In this document: in pieces, positions 26,720 to 35,121 of the stretch
How positions within the stretch are numbered: the stretch's first letter is position 1
How the letters are laid out: every line of letters begins with the position of its first letter
DNA from: Dehalococcoidia bacterium
GTDB lineage: Bacteria; Chloroflexota; Dehalococcoidia; UBA2979
NCBI GenBank assembly: GCA_965262725.1
Contig: OZ253555.1
Span: 864,001 to 928,000, forward strand
Reading direction: 5' to 3'
Length of the DNA: 64,000 nt
Notes under the pieces: generated by a model
What the model was told of the DNA's origin: nothing
Databases searched by the model: none
What the model saw: the letters and a program-made list of their open reading frames with translations, nothing else
Made by a program: the position numbers and the translations under genes

Positions 26720-28340
26720 GGCGCCACAGTCCCGTCGCTCCGAGCGGGAGTGCGGAGAGCGCGATCAGCAGCAGGGCCGGGAGAGCGGCGCGTGCGAAGA
26801 AGGCCTCGCTCGAGGCGCTCCACACGCGCGTGGCGAGGGTCTCGAAGCCCGTGGGGGCCAGGAGGAGCGTTGCGGGCAGCTCCTTCACGGTGGTGAGGAA
26901 GACGAGCGCGGCACCCGCGGCGACGCCGCGCCCGGCGAGCGGGAGCGTGACCTCCGTGAACGCGCGCCAGGGTCGGCGGCCCAGGCTGCGTGCCGCCTCC
27001 TCCATCGAGGGGCGGACGGTGATGAGGGCAATGCGGGTCGCGCCGACCGCCTGTGGCAGGAAGAGCAGCGTGTAGGCAGCGATCAGGACGAGCAGCGACT
27101 GGTAGAGCGCTCCGAGGCGCACGGCGACCACCGCGAGAGAGAGGGCGACGGTCAGGCCGGGGAGGGCGTAGCCGGCGTAGGAGACGACCTCGATGGGCCG
27201 GGCGAGCAGGAAGCCGCGGTGACGCGTCGCGAGCAGCGCCACCGGGAAGGCGGCGGCCGCGGCGACCACCGCCGCGAGGGCTCCGGCGAGAAGCGTGTCG
27301 GCTACCGCGCCGCCGAGGCCGGCTACCGCCTCACCGCCGGCGAGTCCCCGCACCAGCCAGTAACCGAGCACGGTTGCCGGCAGCGCGAGCGCCGCCGTGA
27401 GCAGAAGTGCGACGCCTCCGAGCGCCGGCCATCGCCAGCGCCCCAGCGCAGCCATCGCCGGAGGACCAGCGATTCCACGCGTCGAGTGGTGTCGGCGCGC
27501 TCCCCGCGTCGCCACTTCCAGCGCGACGACCGCGAGCGCTATCAGCATCAGCAGCAGCGCCAGCGTCGACGCGCCGGCGATGTCGAAACCCGACGTGTAG
27601 CGCACGAAGACCGCGCGCGTGAGCGAGTCGAAGCGCATCAGGGAGACGGCGCCGAAGTCCGCGAGCGCGTAGAGCGCCACCAGCAGCCCCCCGGAGAGCA
27701 AACCCGGGCGCAGCTGCGGGAGCACGACGCGGCGCAGCGTCGTCCAGCGGCCGTAGCCGAAGCCCCGCGAGAGTTCCTCGAGGCGCGGGTCCAGGGCGGC
27801 GATCGCCGGCCTGAGCGTCAGTAGCATCAGCGGATAGCTGACGAGCGCCACGACGACGGCGGCTCCCCAAAAGCCGTAGATGGAGGGCAGCCGTTCGACG
27901 CTCCACGGCTCCAGCGCCTGCTGGAGCAGGCCGCGGGGACCCAACGCGGAGACGGCGACCAGCGCCGCGACGTAGGAGGGGATCGCGAGCGGAAGCGCCG
28001 CCAGCACCGTGACGAGGCGTCGCGCCGGTAGGTCGCTGCGGGTCGTGAGCCATGCCAGGGGCAGCGCGATCACCGTCGCGATCGCGGTCGTCACGGCGGC
28101 GTAGGCAAGCGTGCCGGCTGCCAGTGTGGCGACGGAGGATGCGGTGAGCGTCGACCACGCCGCCGCCGGGTCGTGAGCCACGCGCCACACGAGGTGCGTG
28201 GGCGGGAGAGCGCAGAGCGTGGCGACCGCTACCGCCGCCCCGACGATCGCGAAGGGCGGCCACTGGCGGGGCCACGCGTGGGAGCGGGCGCCCGCGAGCG
28301 CCGTTGCGACGGCGCCCGGTGCGGCGGTGCTCGCGGCCAT
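26709..28340 (-). CDS. Fe(III)-type ABC transporter permease (two fused domains, FbpB-like)
   Basis: PLAIPSYV, LEELSRGFG and MEEAARSLG EAA loops, DFGAVSL, KELPATLLL. Confidence 0.92.
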   Translation of the reverse strand: MAASTAAPGAVATALAGARSHAWPRQWPPFAIVGAAVAVATLCALPPTHLVWRVAHDPAAAWSTLTASSVATLAAGTLAYAAVTTAIATVIALPLAWLTTRSDLPARRLVTVLAALPLAIPSYVAALVAVSALGPRGLLQQALEPWSVERLPSIYGFWGAAVVVALVSYPLMLLTLRPAIAALDPRLEELSRGFGYGRWTTLRRVVLPQLRPGLLSGGLLVALYALADFGAVSLMRFDSLTRAVFVRYTSGFDIAGASTLALLLMLIALAVVALEVATRGARRHHSTRGIAGPPAMAALGRWRWPALGGVALLLTAALALPATVLGYWLVRGLAGGEAVAGLGGAVADTLLAGALAAVVAAAAAFPVALLATRHRGFLLARPIEVVSYAGYALPGLTVALSLAVVAVRLGALYQSLLVLIAAYTLLFLPQAVGATRIALITVRPSMEEAARSLGRRPWRAFTEVTLPLAGRGVAAGAALVFLTTVKELPATLLLAPTGFETLATRVWSASSEAFFARAALPALLLIALSALPLGATGLWRRDA

Positions 28341-28378
28341 CGGCGGTGACTCCCCGTTCCTGCTGGCACCACATTGAT

Positions 28379-28409
28379 GGTGAGACGAATGCATGACATT
28401 CGTATCACC
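28379..28409. repeat. 13-bp inverted repeat above the ABC permease (operator or hairpin)
   Basis: GGTGAGACGAATG-catga-CATTCGTATCACC, 12/13 match, in an AT-richer patch. Confidence 0.7.
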
Positions 28410-28589
28410 TAACTTCCGAACAGCGTACCAGCATAGACAGTCGTGTTCTGTTTCACGCTCGGCGTCGGCCCCCGCGCGTGCGGGGTTTGATCGAGCGCCG
28501 CCCTTGAAGGCAGCGAGCGGCGTCGTTGACACTGGGCCGGTGGCCTCGTGCCGCGCGTGGCGTGCCAGGAGACCGAGAGGCGGGTCGTG

Positions 28590-29597
28590 ATGGTGGAGCG
28601 TCCCCCGCGCCGCGCCGGCCGCCCGGTGCTCGCAGTGGTTCTCACCGGCGGACTCGGCACGCGGCTGCGGCCGCTCACGCACTCGTTACCCAAGGCGATG
28701 GTCCCGCTGCTCAACCGCCCACTGATCGCGTACGCGATCGAGATGCTCGTCTCGGCGGGCATCGACGAAGTGGTGGTCGTCGTGGCTGGCGACGACGGGC
28801 GCACGGAGGAGGCCGCTCGCCGCTTCGCTCCGCCCGGCATCGGTCTCTCGTTCGCCGTGCAGCCAGAGCCGCGCGGCTCCGGCGACGCCGTGCTCGCGGT
28901 CGGCGCCGCCCTTGAGGGGCGGTCCGCGGTCGTGCTCGCCGTCGACACGGTGATGACGGGAGACTCCCTCACGCCGCACGTGGCCGCGTTCGCAGCGGGA
29001 GACGAGGCCGCGCGGGTGATCCTGCACACGACCGATCGACCTCGCGAGATGGGTATCGTCGAGCTTGCCAACGATGGCGAGCGCATCGTTCACCTCGAGG
29101 AGAAGCCGGTCGCCCCGCGCTCGAATCTCGCGCTGGTCGCGGTCTGGATGCTGGCGCCCCCGGTCATCGAGCGCCTGCGAAGTGCTCCCTACGTCAATGC
29201 GAAGGGGGAGATTGATCTCTCGGGCACGCTCGCCGTGATGGTCGGCGAGGGCTCGTACCTCACGGGCTCCGTCTGGGAGGGCGAGTGGCTGGACGGCGGC
29301 TCCCTCGCCGGGCTGCTCCACGCCCAGGAGCGATTGCTCGCGCGCGGCGTCACGCCGTCCGTCCCCGCCAGTGCCCGCCTCGTCGAGAGCGCGATCACCG
29401 GGCGCGTCCTCGTCGGCGAGGATGCGCGCATCGAGCACGCGCAGCTCGGCCCGAACGTGGTGATCGGCGGCGGCGCAGCGCTTCGTGACGTGCGCCTCGC
29501 CCGTGCGCTCGTCGCACCGGGTGCCCGTCTCGCGGGCGGTGCCTACGAGAACGTGATCGTGACCCCGGACGGCGACATCGTTGACGTCGCGCGCTAG
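28590..29597 (+). CDS. Sugar-phosphate nucleotidyltransferase (glucose-1-P thymidylyltransferase-like, beta-helix tail)
   Basis: LTGGLGTRLRPLTHSLPKAMVP, QPEPRGSGDA, LEEKP, WLDGG. Confidence 0.9.
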   Translation: MVERPPRRAGRPVLAVVLTGGLGTRLRPLTHSLPKAMVPLLNRPLIAYAIEMLVSAGIDEVVVVVAGDDGRTEEAARRFAPPGIGLSFAVQPEPRGSGDAVLAVGAALEGRSAVVLAVDTVMTGDSLTPHVAAFAAGDEAARVILHTTDRPREMGIVELANDGERIVHLEEKPVAPRSNLALVAVWMLAPPVIERLRSAPYVNAKGEIDLSGTLAVMVGEGSYLTGSVWEGEWLDGGSLAGLLHAQERLLARGVTPSVPASARLVESAITGRVLVGEDARIEHAQLGPNVVIGGGAALRDVRLARALVAPGARLAGGAYENVIVTPDGDIVDVAR

Positions 29598-29692
29598 GGT
29601 GAATGTACATGGCGGCAGTTCCCGCCTTATCGCTACGACTGGGCAACACGACGCGCTGGGCCGCGACCCGATGAGGGCATACGCTCTCGGCG

Positions 29693-29800
29693 ATGCTTGA
29701 GGATCCCGGACGGTACCATTGGAAGTGGCTCGCGCTTGGCGGCGGTCTGCTGGTGCTCTACGCGATCGAGCGAACCATCCGGACGGGCGGGATCTTCTAG
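29693..29800 (+). CDS. Unannotated 35-aa single-TM small protein (MLEDPGRYHWKWLALGGGLLVLYAIERTIRTGGIF)
   Basis: TACGCT 7 nt before the ATG (leaderless pattern); hydrophobic core; below the ORF-track length cutoff. Confidence 0.65.
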   Translation: MLEDPGRYHWKWLALGGGLLVLYAIERTIRTGGIF

Positions 29801-29869
29801 CGCGGCTACGGTGCCGCCGAGGCGTTATGGGCGTCACCTGCGACATCCGGTGGATGGAGGGCGGTGGGA

Positions 29870-30406
29870 ATGGCCGATGAGGGAGGGGCGCGACGCGTTC
29901 CGGTAGAGGCCGGCCAGATTCTCTTCTTCGCGCGCGCGCTGGGAGATCCGAACCCGATCTATTCCGATCCTGACTACGCGACCGCCAGCGAGTTCGGCGC
30001 GGTGCTCGCGCCTCCGACCTTCACGGAAGTCCACCACCAGTACATGGAGGAGTACCCGCTGCGCCCGAAGCTCGGGGAACCGTGGTTCGGCTCCGGACGC
30101 AACGCCACCAGCCGCCCGCCCCGGGAGAGAGCGGCGGGCAGCGAGCGCCGCTCATCGAGCGGCGGCGGTGGGACGGGCCTTCACGCCGAGCAGCACTTCG
30201 ACTACCACGCGCCGATTCGAGCCGGGGACGTGCTGACCTGGGAGACCCGGCGCGGCGAGAGCTGGGAGCGCGAGGGGCGGCGCGGTGGGACGCTTCGCTT
30301 CCGCGAGACGATCACGGAGTTCCGCAACCAGAATGGCGAGCGCGTGGTGACCGCCCGTGCGATCACCGTCCGCACGCAGCGGCCCGTCGATCGCGGCGAG
30401 GCCTGA
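29870..30406 (+). CDS. MaoC/FAS1-like hot-dog dehydratase subunit
   Basis: VEAGQILFFARALGDPNPIY, APPTF, LHAEQHFDYHAPIRAGDVL, FRNQNGE. Confidence 0.88.
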   Translation: MADEGGARRVPVEAGQILFFARALGDPNPIYSDPDYATASEFGAVLAPPTFTEVHHQYMEEYPLRPKLGEPWFGSGRNATSRPPRERAAGSERRSSSGGGGTGLHAEQHFDYHAPIRAGDVLTWETRRGESWEREGRRGGTLRFRETITEFRNQNGERVVTARAITVRTQRPVDRGEA

Positions 30407-30427
30407 GCCGGGGGAAGGGACGCGGGC

Positions 30428-30850
30428 GTGGCGCTAAGAGCCTCGGAGCTGACGGTCGGGGATAGCCGCGAGGAGGTCGTGGTCGACAACCTGACCCGTA
30501 CGCAGATCGTGCAGTATGCGGGTGCCGCTGGGGACTTCAATCCGCTGCACACCGATGACCTCTACGCCCGCGAGGTGGCCGGATATCCCGGCGTCTTCGC
30601 GCACGGGATGCTCGGGATGGGTCTCCTGGGGAAGGCGCTCACGTCGTGGGTCGGGGACGGGCGCCTCGCGAAGTTCGGGGTGCGGTTCCGGGCCCAGATC
30701 TGGCCGGGCGACACGCTCACCGCGCGCCTCGTGGTGTCGGGCCTGCGCACCGAGGACGGCGTTCCCTGCGCCGACCTCACGGTTGCGGTCGTGAATCAGG
30801 ACGGCGCCGAGGTGATCGCAGGCGACGCGGCGGCGTGGCTCGACCCGTAG
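30428..30850 (+). CDS. MaoC-like (R)-enoyl-CoA hydratase subunit
   Basis: YAGAAGDFNPLH hydratase motif, AHGM, RFRAQIWPGDTL. Confidence 0.92.
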   Translation: MALRASELTVGDSREEVVVDNLTRTQIVQYAGAAGDFNPLHTDDLYAREVAGYPGVFAHGMLGMGLLGKALTSWVGDGRLAKFGVRFRAQIWPGDTLTARLVVSGLRTEDGVPCADLTVAVVNQDGAEVIAGDAAAWLDP

Positions 30851-30854
30851 CGCG

Positions 30855-31808
30855 CTACGGGTCGAGGCTCGACAGGAACCCGTCCACGGCGCGCGCGAAC
30901 TCGCCCGGGCGGTCGCCCTGGACGGTATGGCTCGCCTCGGGCACGGAGGTCCAGCGCCCGTCGTGCATCGCCTCGGCCGCGCGGCGAATGGCGTCCCGCT
31001 CGACGACCGCGCTCTCGCCGCCATGCACGAAGAACGTCGGCACGCGGATCGCGCGCACGGCGGCCCACATCTCGCGCTCCCTGACCCGCCGCGCCTCCTC
31101 CTGAGCCGTCTCGTCCTCCTCCTCGCCGTCCCGCCGCCCGGGGTCTTGCTTCCAGGTCCAGCGCCCGTCGTCGGTCTGCTTCAACGCGTGGAGCAGGCTG
31201 TAGCGGAGGTGTGCGGGCGGCCGAGTCGGGTTGAAGCGGACGGCGCGATCCAGGAAGTCCTCGAAGCGGTCCATCGTCTCCGTGTCCGCCCGGAATCGGC
31301 GCATCTGCTCGGTTCCCCGGGGGATCGTCTCCGGCGCGACATCAACGATGACGAGTGCGCGCAGCGCCGGGGGATTCTCCGACGCGTAGCGGAGCGCGAC
31401 GGCCCCGCCCATCGACATGCCGACCAGGCAGAGGGGTGAGGATCCCTGGTATTCGCTCTCGACGTGCCTGAGAAAGGCGCGCGTGTCCTCCACCATCAGC
31501 GGCGCCGTGTCCTGATCCGGGTCGGGCGTCCACGCGGAGTCGCCGTGACCGCGCTGGTCGAGTGCCACGAGGTGGTAGCGCTCGCGGAGAAGAAGCGCCG
31601 CGAGGTCCCAGGTGTGCGCCGTCTGCCCGCCGCCGTGCAGCAGCACGACCGTCGGGCGCCCGGCGTTGCCCCAGTCGAGGTAATGGAAGCGGAGTCCCCC
31701 GAGGGTGACCTCGCGGTCCTCGGGCACGACGATGGCGGGCGGCTCTAATGCCGCAGCCTCCGCCGCGGCAGCGAGCGCCTTCAGGTAGTCGTTCCCCGAC
31801 TCACTCAT
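30855..31808 (-). CDS. Alpha/beta-fold hydrolase
   Basis: LLHGG, DQRGHGDS, GMSMGG nucleophile elbow, ASHTV. Confidence 0.92.
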   Translation of the reverse strand: MSESGNDYLKALAAAAEAAALEPPAIVVPEDREVTLGGLRFHYLDWGNAGRPTVVLLHGGGQTAHTWDLAALLLRERYHLVALDQRGHGDSAWTPDPDQDTAPLMVEDTRAFLRHVESEYQGSSPLCLVGMSMGGAVALRYASENPPALRALVIVDVAPETIPRGTEQMRRFRADTETMDRFEDFLDRAVRFNPTRPPAHLRYSLLHALKQTDDGRWTWKQDPGRRDGEEEDETAQEEARRVREREMWAAVRAIRVPTFFVHGGESAVVERDAIRRAAEAMHDGRWTSVPEASHTVQGDRPGEFARAVDGFLSSLDP

Positions 31809-31874
31809 CGCAGCCTCCTTGCACCGGCATCCTGTCCGCGCAGTCTATCCCGGGCTGCGCCGCGGGGACGCCGG

Positions 31875-33344
31875 CTAGCGAAGGGCGACCACCGTCGAGC
31901 GCCCGGTGATCACGCCGAAGACGCCGACTGTGGCGTAGGTGCCGCCTTCGGTCACGGTCACGGACGAGATGATCTGGTTGTCGAGGGAACGCCGCGCGAG
32001 CTCCTCGCCGGTCGCTGGATCCAGGAGCTGCAGCCACCGACCCCGCGGGACGAGCAGGCCGTCCGCCGTCAGCAGCGGATCGCCGCTGATCAGCTCCCCG
32101 GGCTCCCGTGTCCAGAGCTCCTCGCCGGTGCGCAAACCACGCGCGCGGATCTCTCCCGATGCGAAGGCGACGAAGAGGCGACCCTCGTCCACGACCGGTG
32201 CCCGCGGGTTGGAGAACCGATCGCGTACGCGCTCCGTCCACAGGTTCGAGTCGCGCGGAAGCGCCGGGGCGATGTTCCACAGGAAGCCCTGACCCCATAT
32301 CCAGCGCACCGCAGGGAACCCGTCCCACGAGTACGGCGTCGCCGACTGGTCGATGACGACGACCTCGCGCCGGCTCACGCCCACGATCGCATCGTCGGCG
32401 ACGGCGAGGTGCCGCATGCGGCTCGTTCGGAATCTGTTCTCGCGGTGCAACGACACCCGCTCGTGGACGAAGATGCGGTTGGCGACGGCGAGCACCAGCT
32501 TCTCGTCCTCGATCACCGGTTGAATCGTTAGATCCTGATCGGCGAGGTCGCTACGTGTCCACAGCACCGCCCCGCTCTCGACGTCGAGGCCGCGAAACTC
32601 ACGCTGGCCCGCCGTGTAGAGCGTGCCCTCGTAGAGCACCGGCGCCGTGAAGTGGGGGCTTCCGCCGTTGAAGGCCCAGATCTGATCGCCGGTGGCCGGA
32701 TCGAGCGCGAGCACGAGGCCGTCTCGCTGCGCGATGTAGAGCACGCCGTCCGCCACGGTTGGCGCGACGTCGAGCTGGCCGGGGACCGGACGTGTCCAGA
32801 TCTCGCTCCCGTCCTCCACGGAGAGGGCGATCAATCGTGCATTGGCGAGACCAACGAAGAGTCGCTCGCCGTCGGTAGTGAGAGCGGTGGTGGTCGGGGC
32901 GTCGAAGTCGCGGCTCCAGGCGATTTCCCCGTCGAACGGGACCGAGGCGGGCGTCGCGCGTGTCGCGCCCACGTCGCCGTGCTCGGTCGGCCACAATGTT
33001 CCGGCGGCGGGCAGATCGCCCGTGCCGGTCGCGACCGGCACGGGCTGGGGCTCCCAGATGAACTGCCGGTGGACCCACGAGGCCGTGAACGCGACGACGA
33101 GGAGCACGAGCACCGTCCCGACGCGCAGCAGCAGCCGGCGCCGGCCCCGCGCGGCGAGGATCAGGCGTTGCGCCTTGGAGAGGTGCTCGGTCGACCGAGC
33201 GGTCGACTCCGCGACGACGTCGTGCTGCTCGCCGAGGCGCGCGAAGCAGCGGTGGCAAATCCGGACGTCGATGCGCATCCGTGATCGGCACCGGGGGCAG
33301 AGGCGGTAGGCCTCCCCCTGTGCGGGCGATCCGGCCACGGGCAC
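31875..33344 (-). CDS. Membrane-anchored PQQ-like beta-propeller protein with N-terminal zinc ribbon
   Basis: CPRC-x10-CHRC, one TM, repeated ALD..TG..IW blades. Confidence 0.85.
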   Translation of the reverse strand: MPVAGSPAQGEAYRLCPRCRSRMRIDVRICHRCFARLGEQHDVVAESTARSTEHLSKAQRLILAARGRRRLLLRVGTVLVLLVVAFTASWVHRQFIWEPQPVPVATGTGDLPAAGTLWPTEHGDVGATRATPASVPFDGEIAWSRDFDAPTTTALTTDGERLFVGLANARLIALSVEDGSEIWTRPVPGQLDVAPTVADGVLYIAQRDGLVLALDPATGDQIWAFNGGSPHFTAPVLYEGTLYTAGQREFRGLDVESGAVLWTRSDLADQDLTIQPVIEDEKLVLAVANRIFVHERVSLHRENRFRTSRMRHLAVADDAIVGVSRREVVVIDQSATPYSWDGFPAVRWIWGQGFLWNIAPALPRDSNLWTERVRDRFSNPRAPVVDEGRLFVAFASGEIRARGLRTGEELWTREPGELISGDPLLTADGLLVPRGRWLQLLDPATGEELARRSLDNQIISSVTVTEGGTYATVGVFGVITGRSTVVALR

Positions 33345-33357
33345 TCCGATCAGAGAT

Positions 33358-33385
33358 TGCGCACCCCCGCGCGCGGGGGTGCGCA
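33358..33385. repeat. Perfect 28-bp palindrome
   Basis: TGCGCACCCCCGCG|CGCGGGGGTGCGCA between the crotonase stop and the propeller start. Confidence 0.85.
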
Positions 33386-33440
33386 GGAACCTTACGTGCG
33401 CGTCAGGTCTGAGTGTACAGCGCAGGCGGGTCCGCAGGAT

Positions 33441-34280
33441 CTAGGGGCGCCTCCGCATTCGCTCCTCGACGCCGGCCATGTGCTCGGCGTCGTGGTAGCG
33501 TGGCTCCCGCCTCTGCCCGAGGGCGCTGAGCGCCTCGCGGTGCTCGGGCGAACGGCGCGCGGCGGCGAAGTGCTCCTCCGACCGCCTGTCGATGGCCTCG
33601 AAGTCACTCGCGAGCAGGTCCTCGAAGATCATCCTCTTGATGGTGGCGAGTGTGCTCGCGGGGTGCGCCGCGATCTCGCCGGCGAGCGCGATGGCCTCCG
33701 TCTCGAGTTCGCCCGGCTCGACGACGCGACGGACGAGACCGAGATCGCGTGCCTCCTCCGCGTTGTAGATGCGTGCGGTCAGCATCATTTCCTTGGCGCG
33801 CTGCAGACCGACGATGCGGGGAAGCAGCCACGACGAGTCGAGTTCGGGCGTCAGCCCGAGCGCGGCGAAGCGCATCGAGAAGCGCGCCGCGGTGGATGCG
33901 ATGTTGACGTCGAACCAGAATGTGCAGGTGAGGCCGGCGCCCAGCGCCAGCCCGTTGATCGCGCCGATCAGGGGTTTGCTCGCCGTGAGCCGCTCGCCGC
34001 TGAAGGCGACGGGCTGATATTCCGCCCAGTCGCGCTTCACCTGCTCGTCTCCCTCAGAGGCGCGTCGGAAGTCGGCGACGTCCGCCCCCGAGCTGAAGGC
34101 CCGGCCGGCCCCGGTCACGACGATGGCGCCGACCGCATCGTCGGCGTTCAGCTCGTCCGTGGCCTCCACCCACTCGCGGAAGAACTGCCCGTTCATCGCG
34201 TTCAGCACGTCGGGTCGTGCGAAGCGCACCACGGCGACGCGGCCGTCGTGCTCCACCTCGATCGTCCCGTAGTCGGCCAT
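33441..34280 (-). CDS. Enoyl-CoA hydratase/isomerase (crotonase) family
   Basis: RPDVLNAM, TGAGRAFSSGAD, KPLIGAING.A.GAG, GLV. Confidence 0.92.
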   Translation of the reverse strand: MADYGTIEVEHDGRVAVVRFARPDVLNAMNGQFFREWVEATDELNADDAVGAIVVTGAGRAFSSGADVADFRRASEGDEQVKRDWAEYQPVAFSGERLTASKPLIGAINGLALGAGLTCTFWFDVNIASTAARFSMRFAALGLTPELDSSWLLPRIVGLQRAKEMMLTARIYNAEEARDLGLVRRVVEPGELETEAIALAGEIAAHPASTLATIKRMIFEDLLASDFEAIDRRSEEHFAAARRSPEHREALSALGQRREPRYHDAEHMAGVEERMRRRP

Positions 34281-34318
34281 CGTGCCTCCCCCGTCCCTGC
34301 CTGCGCCGATGCGGGCCG

Positions 34319-35008
34319 CTAGCCGGTTCCCCGGGAGCGGCCGTCCTCTGAGAGCCGCAGCACGCGCTCGAGCCAGAGCGAGAGATCGCGGGCGCTCTCG
34401 TTGTTGATCTGGTGCCCCATCAGGTACTCGTGGAACTCTGGCTCCACGCCGAGGGCGCGCAGGCTCTCACAGGCGTCGCGCGCCTTCTCGATCGAAATGA
34501 GCTCGTCGTGGCTCCCGTGCTGCACCAGCACGGGGAGGCGTGGCACGTCGGCGTGCGGCGTGATCGCGTCGAGCACGTCCGGCGCGAGCCACGTCGAGAG
34601 CGTGGCGAGGCCGGCGAAGCGCCCGGGATCGGCGAGCGCCAGCGCGTAGGCGAGCGATCCGCCCTGCGAGAAGCCGAGAAGCGCGACGCGCTCCGTGTCG
34701 ATGGGGTAGCGCTCCTCCGCCTCGTCGAGGAAACGGACCAGCAGTTCGCTGACCCGCTCGAGCTCGCCGGGCGCGCGTTGCTGGTCGGAGCCGCGCTGAA
34801 ACCAGGTGTACCCCGGATACCCAGGCTCGACCGCGAACTCGGCCTGCGGGCAGATCATCAGCACCCGACCGTGAGCGAGGATCGGGCCGAGGCCGAGAAG
34901 GTCCTGCGCGTGGGCGCCGTGCCCGTGGAGGGCGATCAGCGTGGGTAGCGAGCGATCCGTCGCCGGGTCGGGGACGGCGGGGTGTGCGATCGCGTGGAGC
35001 AGGGTCAT
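34319..35008 (-). CDS. Phospholipase/carboxylesterase
   Basis: ALHGHG, GFSQGG, QHGSHD, MGHQI; TATACT 7 nt before ATG 35008. Confidence 0.92.
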   Translation of the reverse strand: MTLLHAIAHPAVPDPATDRSLPTLIALHGHGAHAQDLLGLGPILAHGRVLMICPQAEFAVEPGYPGYTWFQRGSDQQRAPGELERVSELLVRFLDEAEERYPIDTERVALLGFSQGGSLAYALALADPGRFAGLATLSTWLAPDVLDAITPHADVPRLPVLVQHGSHDELISIEKARDACESLRALGVEPEFHEYLMGHQINNESARDLSLWLERVLRLSEDGRSRGTG

Positions 35009-35121
35009 CCGGGCGAGTATACCGACGCCTTCGCTCCGGGGCGGCTGGTGCGGCACACGGGAAGCTGCGCGGGGCTCGCGCCGGAGCGCCCGGGACCGCC
35101 CTCCCGTGGTGGCGCCCGGAC

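Noticed and set aside
28341-28560. TPP or cobalamin riboswitch, or CRISPR array, upstream of the ABC permease
   Set aside because: No CTGAGA/TPP core or B12-box is recognisable, and there is only one repeat-like unit with no spacer periodicity.
29594-29640. CTAGGGTGAATGTACAT plus a small hairpin as an IS or MITE end
   Set aside because: No partner inverted repeat or transposase remnant found nearby.
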